A program made the position numbers and the translations under genes. From NCBI GenBank assembly GCA_017526205.1, contig JAFXRP010000035.1, forward strand, positions 41,268 through 73,267: 32,000 nucleotides of DNA, given 5' to 3'. Every line of letters starts with the position of its first letter. The stretch's first letter is position 1. This document shows, piece by piece, positions 16,902-24,382 of the stretch. The notes below the pieces were generated by a model. The model had not been told where the DNA came from. It was given only the letters and a program-made list of their open reading frames with translations, and searched no databases. Source of the stretch: Bacteroidales bacterium. GTDB lineage: Bacteria; Bacteroidota; Bacteroidia; Bacteroidales; ML635J-15.

Positions 16902-18215
16902 TCAATTTTCTATGACCTGCATACGCTTAAATTCCTCGCAGAAAGCATACAAGGGAATACATTCCAACCAATCCTGGCTTATATGTGGTTTCATCGATAG
17001 GCGTATGCCACGCAAATCAGGGTGATTTTGGATAAAAGTCTTCATCGACTTTGACTGCAGGTTTTCTTCCGACTTTGCCTCCACTGGATAAACTGTAGAA
17101 CCTATTTGCACAACAAAATCAAGTTCTACCCTCGAATCCTCTGCACTATGGTAAAATACGGGCAATGCTGTTCCCATCAACTGAGCCGCTACAAACAATT
17201 CGGTAAATGCACCCTTGTATTCGCTAAAAATTTCATTGCCGACAAGTACAGCAGATGCAGGCGCATCAACCATAGCACCCATCAGACCAACATCCAGCAA
17301 AAACAACTTGAAAGCATTGGAATCCTCATAAAATTTCAATGGCATTTTTACCGCCGTTGTACGACAAATCTTATAAACAAGACCAGCATCAACCAGCCAT
17401 TGTATTGCTACTTCGAAAGCCGCTGCCCTTGCGCCTTTTTTCAATGCTCCATATATGAATTTCTTGTTTTCCTTAGCCAACTGTGATGGAATGCTCTGCC
17501 ATACCATACGGATACGTGGCACTTCGTTCTGTGGAGCATATTTGGAAAAGTCGTGTTCATAGTCGGCGAGAATCTTCTTTTGAACTTGGCGAACATCTTT
17601 CAATCCACCATTGTCAAGATATGCCAACACCGCTGCCGGCATTCCGCCCACATAATAGTATTGTCGCAACAAGTCGATATATTCCTTTTCAAGAAGATTA
17701 ATAACCGACCAATCGCCACGCAAAAGTTCATCGGCCATCTGTGTACGACCTACCGCACGAAGAAATTCCTCAAAGTTCATCGGATACAACCTGATAATGT
17801 CAACTTTGCCAACAGGAAATGAACTTTGCTTGTGCAACGATATTCCAAGCAGCGAACCAGCAACCGCTATATGTATGTCAGGCGCATCCTCACAAAAGTA
17901 TTTAAGGGCAGTAAGTGCCTGCGGACATTCTTGAATCTCATCAAGAATTATCAATGTATCATTTGGAGTAATGTCAACATTTGACAAAGCCGACAACGCT
18001 CGCAGAAGTTGTTCCACACTTCCGCCATTGGTAAAAACCTCTCGAACCTTTTCGTGTCGGTCGAGACTAAACATAACCTTCTTCTTGTATTCTCGTTTTG
18101 CAAACTCATTCAGCAGCCATGTTTTTCCAACCTGTCTGGCACCGTTTACAATCAAAGGCTTTCTATTTTTACTATTCTTCCATTGTATCAATAAGTTATA
18201 CCCTATTCTCTCCAT
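16902..18215 (-). CDS. AAA ATPase of the AAA_14 + DUF4143 family
   Basis: The track start at 18278 is TTG, inside the repeat array; the ATG at 18215 gives MERIGYNLLIQWKNS. It has Walker A NGARQVGKTWLL, Walker B LIILDEIQ, and a C-terminal region typical of DUF4143 proteins. Confidence 0.8.
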   Translation of the reverse strand: MERIGYNLLIQWKNSKNRKPLIVNGARQVGKTWLLNEFAKREYKKKVMFSLDRHEKVREVFTNGGSVEQLLRALSALSNVDITPNDTLIILDEIQECPQALTALKYFCEDAPDIHIAVAGSLLGISLHKQSSFPVGKVDIIRLYPMNFEEFLRAVGRTQMADELLRGDWSVINLLEKEYIDLLRQYYYVGGMPAAVLAYLDNGGLKDVRQVQKKILADYEHDFSKYAPQNEVPRIRMVWQSIPSQLAKENKKFIYGALKKGARAAAFEVAIQWLVDAGLVYKICRTTAVKMPLKFYEDSNAFKLFLLDVGLMGAMVDAPASAVLVGNEIFSEYKGAFTELFVAAQLMGTALPVFYHSAEDSRVELDFVVQIGSTVYPVEAKSEENLQSKSMKTFIQNHPDLRGIRLSMKPHISQDWLECIPLYAFCEEFKRMQVIEN

Positions 18216-18220
18216 AGTGT

Positions 18221-18341
18221 TGACATTTTTTTGCACGACTTTTCGCCGCAAAGATACACTTTTCTGCACGACTTTCAAACAAAATCATACATTTTTCTGC
18301 ACGACTTTTCGCTGAATGTTGACACTTTTCTGCACGAGTTC
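18221..18341. repeat. Four direct repeats with exact 33-bp phasing (core ACAYTTTTYTGCACGASTT)
   Basis: TGCACGA occurs at 18232, 18265, 18298 and 18331. The conserved roughly 20-nt core alternates between TGACA and ATACA 5' flanks. Units 1 and 3 share an extended CTTTTCGC. The array lies between the zinc-ribbon gene stop (18390) and the DUF4143 ATPase ATG (18215). Confidence 0.85.
18249..18256 (-). promoter_or_regulatory. Candidate -7 promoter box (TATCTTTG)
   Basis: The reverse complement of caaagata matches TAnnTTTG, 33 nt upstream of the ATG at 18215. It sits between repeat units 1 and 2 and is the same octamer as at 19788-19795. Confidence 0.3.
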
Positions 18342-18389
18342 TAGGGTATATGTTAATTCAAAAGAATACTTCTCGTCAACTATTATTTT

Positions 18390-18680
18390 TCATTCATCCT
18401 CGCTTTTCACCACCTCTATTGTATTCCGAACCATGCGCGGTTCTATTTCCTCCTTGCATTTCGGACAGACATACGGAGTCCATCTCTCTGTTTTATCGAA
18501 CCAACCGCCACATTCGCACGATGGATATTCGGGGAAAAGCGATTCTTCATCATCGGGATACAGCAACTCCTTGCCACAAATATCGCAGTGCAGATAAATC
18601 TTGTCGCCAACTTTACCATCGTGCCATTCAAACTTGTGAGAGCAATATGGACAGGTTATTTTGTAGGTGTATATTGGCAT
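18390..18680 (-). CDS. Small double zinc-ribbon protein
   Basis: 96 aa with four Cys pairs (CPYC, CDIC, CEC, CPKC), consistent with two zinc ribbons. It also has an acidic linker (YPDDEESLFPEYP) and an acidic tail. Its ATG overlaps the upstream stop (TAATG). Confidence 0.6.
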   Translation of the reverse strand: MPIYTYKITCPYCSHKFEWHDGKVGDKIYLHCDICGKELLYPDDEESLFPEYPSCECGGWFDKTERWTPYVCPKCKEEIEPRMVRNTIEVVKSEDE

Positions 18681-19774
18681 TATTCGTTTAATTTCTTTAT
18701 GACATTACTAAAAACATCAATAAAACGATTAGACATTTCAACAAAGTACTTAAATATCTCTTCTTTATGTTTACTCTCTGTAAAACACAAATCCTTGCTT
18801 GTTGATATTTTTCTTGTATTGTTGCTTTCATCTCGTTGTTCCCAATTTAGACCAGGTATTTTTGAATCAATATCTGCTCGATGTTTTTGAAAAAATGCAA
18901 ATGTATTTTCATTCTTTTCTTTTTCCCCTTGACTTATATATAAGGTTACAACAACCCTATTCTTCTGTATACCTAGGTTCACGGTAATTCCATTTTCAAT
19001 AGATTTATTTAACCATGCTTCTGATGTCCCTTTTGATTGATTATATGGATTATGGGAACAATCATAGTTGATAAACTCACTCCAGAAGCCAAATCTTCCG
19101 TCTTTAAGTTTTGTTATTGTTTCTGCTGCTAAATTTTCAGATTGTGTTTTTGATGCCATTTTTATTATATATTCTTCAGCATCCTTAATTGGAATTATTT
19201 GGTCAAAATCTACATAAGCATTTTCTTCATATTCATATGGTGTAACCTTTACGCATGTTATTTGAAGATTGTAATTTGCCAACCATAAAACAGTTGAAGT
19301 GACTTCTTTTCTAAACTCTTTTGCGACAAAGAAAATTCTTTGTGAATGATTCCCTTCGTTTAATAGAATTTCAGAAATAGCCTTACCTTCATAAAAATCT
19401 GAAATTTTATCTTCAGCGTTTCCATTGTTGCCGAGATATTGTTGATATATAGATATGACATCTTCTTTTTTTAAACTAGAACAATATGATGCATATTTTA
19501 ATGCTTGCCATGTTACATCACGACCAGAATCGTCTAATTTATTCTCTATAATAACGAGATTACCCTGTTTGTCTAAAGCGAGCAAGTCTAAGCGTTCTTT
19601 TGTGTCCTTAAACCCATCAAATTCTTTTGCAATAATTAGTAAATCTTCTCCCAGACATTTAGGATATTTTGCTATCCATTCTTGTAAATGATTGCGTTCA
19701 CGAAATCCTAAATCAGAGAATGTGGACTCTTTAACTTTTATTAGGCAATTGTTCTTTTTATCAATTTTGTACAT
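18680..19774 (-). CDS. PD-(D/E)xK (NucS-like) nuclease-fold protein with C-terminal DUF4268-like domain
   Basis: The track start at 19819 is TTG; the ATG at 19774 gives MYKIDKKNNCLIKVKESTFSDLGFRERNHLQEWIAKYP. The nuclease motif is ERLDLLALDKQGNLVIIENKLD (D...ExK). The C-terminal part (GFWSEFINY...GLNWEQRDESNNTRKIS) fits my memory of DUF4268. The gene is markedly AT-rich. Confidence 0.65.
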   Translation of the reverse strand: MYKIDKKNNCLIKVKESTFSDLGFRERNHLQEWIAKYPKCLGEDLLIIAKEFDGFKDTKERLDLLALDKQGNLVIIENKLDDSGRDVTWQALKYASYCSSLKKEDVISIYQQYLGNNGNAEDKISDFYEGKAISEILLNEGNHSQRIFFVAKEFRKEVTSTVLWLANYNLQITCVKVTPYEYEENAYVDFDQIIPIKDAEEYIIKMASKTQSENLAAETITKLKDGRFGFWSEFINYDCSHNPYNQSKGTSEAWLNKSIENGITVNLGIQKNRVVVTLYISQGEKEKNENTFAFFQKHRADIDSKIPGLNWEQRDESNNTRKISTSKDLCFTESKHKEEIFKYFVEMSNRFIDVFSNVIKKLNE

Positions 19775-19787
19775 ATTCTTTTTTTTG

Positions 19788-19795
19788 CAAAGATA
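19788..19795 (-). promoter_or_regulatory. Candidate -7 promoter box (TATCTTTG)
   Basis: The reverse complement of caaagata matches TAnnTTTG, 13 nt upstream of the ATG at 19774. It lies inside the TTG-extended ORF, which argues for the ATG start. Confidence 0.3.
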
Positions 19796-20134
19796 TTTAA
19801 AATAATCTATTTTCTCCAATCATATTCAATTTCCAATCCTTCTAAAACAAAGTACTCCAGTCTCTTCTTGATAAAGTTAGGAGTAATAAATTTTTTCTAT
19901 AATTTACTTTCATAGCACTTATTTTTCGACAAATCTACATTCTACATACGCAAAAACTTGTCGTAGGTTTGATATTTTTTGTTAAATTTAAAAAGTCGAA
20001 ACAAAGTTATAAAATTATGTATTGTAAAACAATTAAGAAAATGAAACTATCAGATTGCAAGTTTGGGAGACTGCTCGCCCCAATTAACACTACCGCGTTA
20101 AAAACTTAATTATCAACATCCCAACATTATTCAC

Positions 20135-20142
20135 TACATTTG
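20135..20142 (+). promoter_or_regulatory. Candidate -7 promoter box (TACATTTG)
   Basis: Matches TAnnTTTG, 34 nt upstream of the mnmG ATG. Confidence 0.3.
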
Positions 20143-20176
20143 ACGATTTGAATGAGATAAATTGTAAAAGCGTTAA

Positions 20177-22054
20177 ATGACTGAAAATTACGATGTTATA
20201 GTAGTAGGCGCTGGACACGCAGGCTGCGAAGCGGCAGCAGCGGCGGCAAATATGGGAAGCAAGGTGCTGCTCGTGACAATAGACATGAACAAAATCGCAC
20301 AAATGTCGTGCAACCCAGCTATGGGTGGAGTTGCCAAAGGTCAGATTGTCAGGGAGATAGATGCACTGGGCGGACTTTCGGGAATCGTTACCGACAAGGC
20401 AATGATACAGTTCCGAATGCTTAACATGTCGAAAGGTCCGGCAATGTGGAGCCCACGCGCACAATGCGACCGTATGGTCTTCAGTGCAGAATGGCGCAAC
20501 CAACTCGAAGCGATAAAGAATGTTTCGTTTCTGCAAGATACTGTAAATAAGGTAATTGTAGAAAATAATCGTGTCTGCGGAATAGAAACCTACCTCGGAA
20601 TAAAGGTTTATGCCAAAGCTGTAATCCTTACTACTGGTACTTTCCTTAATGGTCTGATGCACATAGGACATAGCCATTTCGAAGGCGGAAGAATATCGGA
20701 ACCAGCAGCTGTTGGACTTACACAGAACCTCGCAGAACTTGGTTTCACCTACGACCGCATGAAGACAGGAACGCCCGTAAGAATTGATGGCCGTACAATC
20801 GATTTTTCTGAACTTCAGGAACAAAGCGGTGACGAAACCATAGTTCCGTTCTCGTACATGCACAACTACAACCAGCATTTCCTGAAACAGCGCAGTTGCT
20901 ACATCACATACACCAGCGAAGAAGTTCACGACACTCTACGTCAAGGACTTAAGGATTCGCCACTGTACGACGGAACCATAAAGAGCATAGGTCCGCGCTA
21001 TTGCCCGAGCATCGAGACAAAACTTGTAACTTTCCCCGACAAAGACAAGCACCAACTTTTCCTCGAACCGGAAGGGGAGACCTCGGTGGAATTTTACCTC
21101 AATGGATTCTCGTCGTCGTTGCCTATAGATGTACAGTACAATGCTTTGCGCAAAATCAAAGGTCTTGAAAATGCCAAGATTTTCCGTCCAGGTTATGCCA
21201 TCGAGTACGACTTTTTCCATCCTACCCAACTGAAAGCCACATTGGAAACAAAACTCATTGAAAATCTGTATTTTGCAGGACAAATCAACGGTACAACCGG
21301 CTACGAAGAAGCAGCAGGGCAGGGGATAATTGCAGGCATAAATGCTCATCTAAAAATCAACGAAAAACCAGAGTTCACACTTAACCGCGACCAGGCATAC
21401 ATTGGTGTTCTCATCGACGACCTCATCACTAAGGGTGTTGACGAACCATACAGAATGTTCACTTCGCGTGCCGAATTCCGCATACTTCTCCGTCAAGATA
21501 ACTGCGATGTTAGGCTCACAGAACTTTCGCATAATATTGGTCTTGCAACAGATGAACGCTTACGAGTTTTTGAAGAAAAGGTTGCAAAGCGCGACCAGCT
21601 AATCGACTTCTGCAACAACCAGAGCTGCAAGCCTGAAACTATCAATGCAATGCTTTCTGAATTAGGTAGTTCGGAGCTGAAACAAAGCATAAAAATGAAC
21701 AATATTATCACTCGTCCGCAAGTGAAAATCAAGGATTTATGCCGTTTCGACAATGAACTTGACACACTTGTTTCTGGCTTTGGCGACAAAAAGGACGAGA
21801 TAGTTGATGCTGCCGAAATACTGCTGAAATACTCCGGCTACATTGAGCGTGAAAAACTCATTGCCGACAAGTTGAAGCGATTAGAGAATATTGTTATCGA
21901 AGGCAAGATTAATTATGCAGAAGTGAATTCACTTTCGACTGAAGCAAGGCAGAAGCTGATGAAAATTAATCCGCACACCATTGGTCAGGCATCACGAATA
22001 AGCGGTGTTTCTCCATCAGACATAAGTGTGCTATTGGTGCTAATGGGAAGATAG
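20177..22054 (+). CDS. mnmG: tRNA uridine 5-carboxymethylaminomethyl modification enzyme MnmG (GidA)
   Basis: 625 aa with the FAD-binding N-terminus YDVIVVGAGHAGCEAA, conserved blocks GQINGTTGYEEAAGQG and SRAEFRILLRQDN, and the C-terminal GQASRISGVSPSDISVL. Confidence 0.95.
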   Translation: MTENYDVIVVGAGHAGCEAAAAAANMGSKVLLVTIDMNKIAQMSCNPAMGGVAKGQIVREIDALGGLSGIVTDKAMIQFRMLNMSKGPAMWSPRAQCDRMVFSAEWRNQLEAIKNVSFLQDTVNKVIVENNRVCGIETYLGIKVYAKAVILTTGTFLNGLMHIGHSHFEGGRISEPAAVGLTQNLAELGFTYDRMKTGTPVRIDGRTIDFSELQEQSGDETIVPFSYMHNYNQHFLKQRSCYITYTSEEVHDTLRQGLKDSPLYDGTIKSIGPRYCPSIETKLVTFPDKDKHQLFLEPEGETSVEFYLNGFSSSLPIDVQYNALRKIKGLENAKIFRPGYAIEYDFFHPTQLKATLETKLIENLYFAGQINGTTGYEEAAGQGIIAGINAHLKINEKPEFTLNRDQAYIGVLIDDLITKGVDEPYRMFTSRAEFRILLRQDNCDVRLTELSHNIGLATDERLRVFEEKVAKRDQLIDFCNNQSCKPETINAMLSELGSSELKQSIKMNNIITRPQVKIKDLCRFDNELDTLVSGFGDKKDEIVDAAEILLKYSGYIEREKLIADKLKRLENIVIEGKINYAEVNSLSTEARQKLMKINPHTIGQASRISGVSPSDISVLLVLMGR

Positions 22055-22064
22055 TAAATAGTAA

Positions 22065-22080
22065 TGTTTCATGTGAAACA
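22065..22080. repeat. Palindrome TGTTTCA-TG-TGAAACA, copy 1
   Basis: Two 7-nt arms around a 2-nt centre, located between the mnmG stop (22054) and the ade ATG (22098). The same 16-mer occurs at 23773-23788, and its complement form at 23867-23882. Confidence 0.8.
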
Positions 22081-22097
22081 ATTATAACAATAAGATT

Positions 22098-23726
22098 ATG
22101 AGAAAAATAGAAGGTAACATTGTTGATGTGCTCAACAGAAAAATCTTCAAGGGTGAAGTAATTATTGATGGTGACAGGATAGCAAAAATCACTTCGAAAG
22201 AAACAACAAGCGAAGTATATATATTGCCAGGTCTAATCGACTCGCACATACATATCGAAAGCACAATGATGATTCCTAGTGAATTTGCAAAAGTGGCGGT
22301 GAAAAATGGTACTGTCGGTGTCGTTACCGACCCACACGAAATTGCAAATGTGCTTGGTGAAAAAGGTATTGATTTTATGATAAAAAACTCAGAATCAGCA
22401 CCTTTGAAGACATTCTACTGTGTTCCGTCTTGTGTTCCAGCAACCACATTCGAGACCTCAGGAGCTACACTTGATGCAGAAAAAATTGACAAGATTTTCA
22501 CTAAATATGGCTTGAAAGTACTTGGTGAAATGATGAATTATCCTGGCGTTATTTATGATGATCCGGAAGTTCTGTCAAAGCTCGAAGTTGCAAAGAAGCA
22601 CGGTGCCGTTATCGATGGTCACTCACCGCAAGTCAGTGGCGACAACTTGAAAAAATATATCAACGCAGGAATAAGCACTGACCATGAATGTAGAGATATT
22701 GACGAAGCAATCGAAAAAATAAACCTCGGTATGAAAATTCTCGTCCGTGAAGGTTCGGCAGCAAAGAATTTTGATGCTTTATATCCCCTAATTTCAAAAT
22801 TCAATAAATCGGTAATGCTTTCGACGGATGATTCACACCCCGACGACCTTTTAAAATTTGGACACATTAACAAAATATTGAAAATGGGCATAAAGTACGG
22901 AATTGACATTTTTGACCTCCTTACTGCCGCATGTGTTAATCCTGTTAAACATTATAATCTTCCAATCGGACTTCTCCGCGAAAACGATTATGCCGACGTG
23001 ATTATTGTTGACGACTTGAAATCTTTCAATATTCAAGAGACAATAATCAATGGTAACACTATTTACTCGAATGGTCGAATTTTGTTCAGCACAAAAAACA
23101 TTCAGCCCATCAATAATTTCAATGCTCAAAAAATTTCGGAAGCCGATGTCAGAATAGAACCAAAGTCGGAAAAGATAAAGGTAATTGAAATTATCGAAAA
23201 CGAATTACTCACAAATTGCATTATCGAGAAGGCTAGTGTAGATGATGACAATGTTGTTTCTGACACTAAGAACGATATCCTTAAAATTGCTGTGATGAAC
23301 CGTTACTCGAAAGACGCAAAACCACAGATAGGATTCATCAAGGGATTTGGTCTTATCGATGGAGCACTCGCAACATCGGTAGCACACGACAGTCACAACA
23401 TAATTGCCGTTGGTACTACTGACGAAGACATCGTAAAAGCTATAAATGAAATTATTGACAATAAGGGTGGAATGTGCTATGTAAAGGGTATGGATTACTA
23501 CACCTTACCACTTGAGTTTGCTGGACTGATGACTCAGCAAAGTTGTGAACGCATAAGCGATATGTACAGTCGAATGAACCACATTGTAAAGAGTAATGGC
23601 TGCAGGCTTGCATCTCCATTCATGACACTTTCGTTTATGTCGCTTCTGGTAATTCCAAGTCTCAAGTTAAGCGACAAAGGTCTATTCGATGGAGATAAGT
23701 TTGAGATGACAGATTTGTTTGTATAA
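22098..23726 (+). CDS. ade: Adenine deaminase
   Basis: 542 aa with the amidohydrolase metal site LPGLIDSHIHIESTMM. Length and overall pattern match the Ade/AdeC family. Confidence 0.9.
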   Translation: MRKIEGNIVDVLNRKIFKGEVIIDGDRIAKITSKETTSEVYILPGLIDSHIHIESTMMIPSEFAKVAVKNGTVGVVTDPHEIANVLGEKGIDFMIKNSESAPLKTFYCVPSCVPATTFETSGATLDAEKIDKIFTKYGLKVLGEMMNYPGVIYDDPEVLSKLEVAKKHGAVIDGHSPQVSGDNLKKYINAGISTDHECRDIDEAIEKINLGMKILVREGSAAKNFDALYPLISKFNKSVMLSTDDSHPDDLLKFGHINKILKMGIKYGIDIFDLLTAACVNPVKHYNLPIGLLRENDYADVIIVDDLKSFNIQETIINGNTIYSNGRILFSTKNIQPINNFNAQKISEADVRIEPKSEKIKVIEIIENELLTNCIIEKASVDDDNVVSDTKNDILKIAVMNRYSKDAKPQIGFIKGFGLIDGALATSVAHDSHNIIAVGTTDEDIVKAINEIIDNKGGMCYVKGMDYYTLPLEFAGLMTQQSCERISDMYSRMNHIVKSNGCRLASPFMTLSFMSLLVIPSLKLSDKGLFDGDKFEMTDLFV

Positions 23727-23733
23727 TAATCAT

Positions 23734-23760
23734 CCGCCCGTTGAGTCTGTCGAAACGAAG
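23734..23760 (+). repeat. Solo left arm of REP-like element (ccgcccgttgagtctgtcgaaacgaag)
   Basis: Starts 7 nt after the ade stop. It resembles the left arms at 31081 and 31582, and no matching right arm is nearby. Confidence 0.65.
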
Positions 23761-23770
23761 AATTCTAAAT

Positions 23771-23790
23771 ATTGTTTCATGTGAAACAAT
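23771..23790. repeat. Palindrome ATTGTTTCATGTGAAACAAT, copy 2
   Basis: A perfect 8-bp stem with a 4-nt loop (or 9+9 arms with a 2-nt centre), located 45 nt after the ade stop. Confidence 0.8.
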
Positions 23791-23865
23791 ACGTAAAATA
23801 TTGATAATTAACATTATAAATAATCAAAAAAAATAATAACATAAATAACACCTAAAAAGGAATAA

Positions 23866-23883
23866 TTGTTTCACATGAAACAA
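23866..23883. repeat. Palindrome TTGTTTCACATGAAACAA, copy 3 (inverted centre)
   Basis: Has the same arms as copies 1 and 2 with the centre reversed (CA instead of TG). It lies 43 nt upstream of the dtd ATG. Confidence 0.8.
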
Positions 23884-23925
23884 ATTGTAAAACACTATAA
23901 ATCAAAACACTAACTACTCAAAAAT

Positions 23926-24378
23926 ATGAAAATTCTAATTCAAAGAGTAAAATATTCAAAATGCACTGTAGATGGTAAGGAAATATCCAAGATAGGGCAG
24001 GGGATGCTCGTATTCGTAGGCATAACAAACGATGACACCAACGAAGATATTGAGTGGCTGGCAAACAAAATGGTAAATCTCCGCATTTTCAACGACGAGG
24101 ACGGAGTTATGAACAAGTCATGCTTTGAAATTAATGGTGAAATAATGATTATAAGCCAATTTACACTGCATGCTAAAACAAAGAAAGGCAACCGACCATC
24201 ATACATTGACGCTGCACGACCAAAAATTGCAGAACCACTTTACAAAAAATTCATCGAAACTACCGATAAACTCACAGGCAAACCATCAGCTACTGGCATA
24301 TTCGGTGCTGACATGAAAATTGAACTTCTGAACGACGGTCCAGTGACAATAATTATTGATTCTAAAAACAGGATATAA
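23926..24378 (+). CDS. dtd: D-aminoacyl-tRNA deacylase
   Basis: 150 aa; MKILIQRV.., SQFTLHA, GNRPS and NDGPVT match the Dtd family along its full length. Confidence 0.95.
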   Translation: MKILIQRVKYSKCTVDGKEISKIGQGMLVFVGITNDDTNEDIEWLANKMVNLRIFNDEDGVMNKSCFEINGEIMIISQFTLHAKTKKGNRPSYIDAARPKIAEPLYKKFIETTDKLTGKPSATGIFGADMKIELLNDGPVTIIIDSKNRI

Positions 24379-24382
24379 ATTT

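Noticed and set aside
18216-18278. TTG-initiated 21-codon N-terminal extension of the DUF4143 ATPase (MKVVQKSVSLRRKVVQKNVNT)
   Set aside because: It consists of translated repeat units and contains the candidate -7 box. The canonical family N-terminus begins at the ATG at 18215.
18221-18341. Possible mini-CRISPR array
   Set aside because: The period is only 33 bp with a roughly 20-nt core and roughly 13-nt semi-conserved linkers, far too short for repeat-plus-spacer units. There are no cas genes in the window, and the repeats sit in a promoter/leader position.
20090-20929. 279-aa ORF on the minus strand
   Set aside because: It is entirely antisense to the well-supported mnmG gene. It has no recognisable motifs and a Cys/His/Phe-rich composition typical of antisense frames.
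22055-22097. Purine riboswitch upstream of adenine deaminase
   Set aside because: The spacer is only 43 nt and lacks the conserved purine-riboswitch junction sequences. It holds only the 16-nt palindrome.
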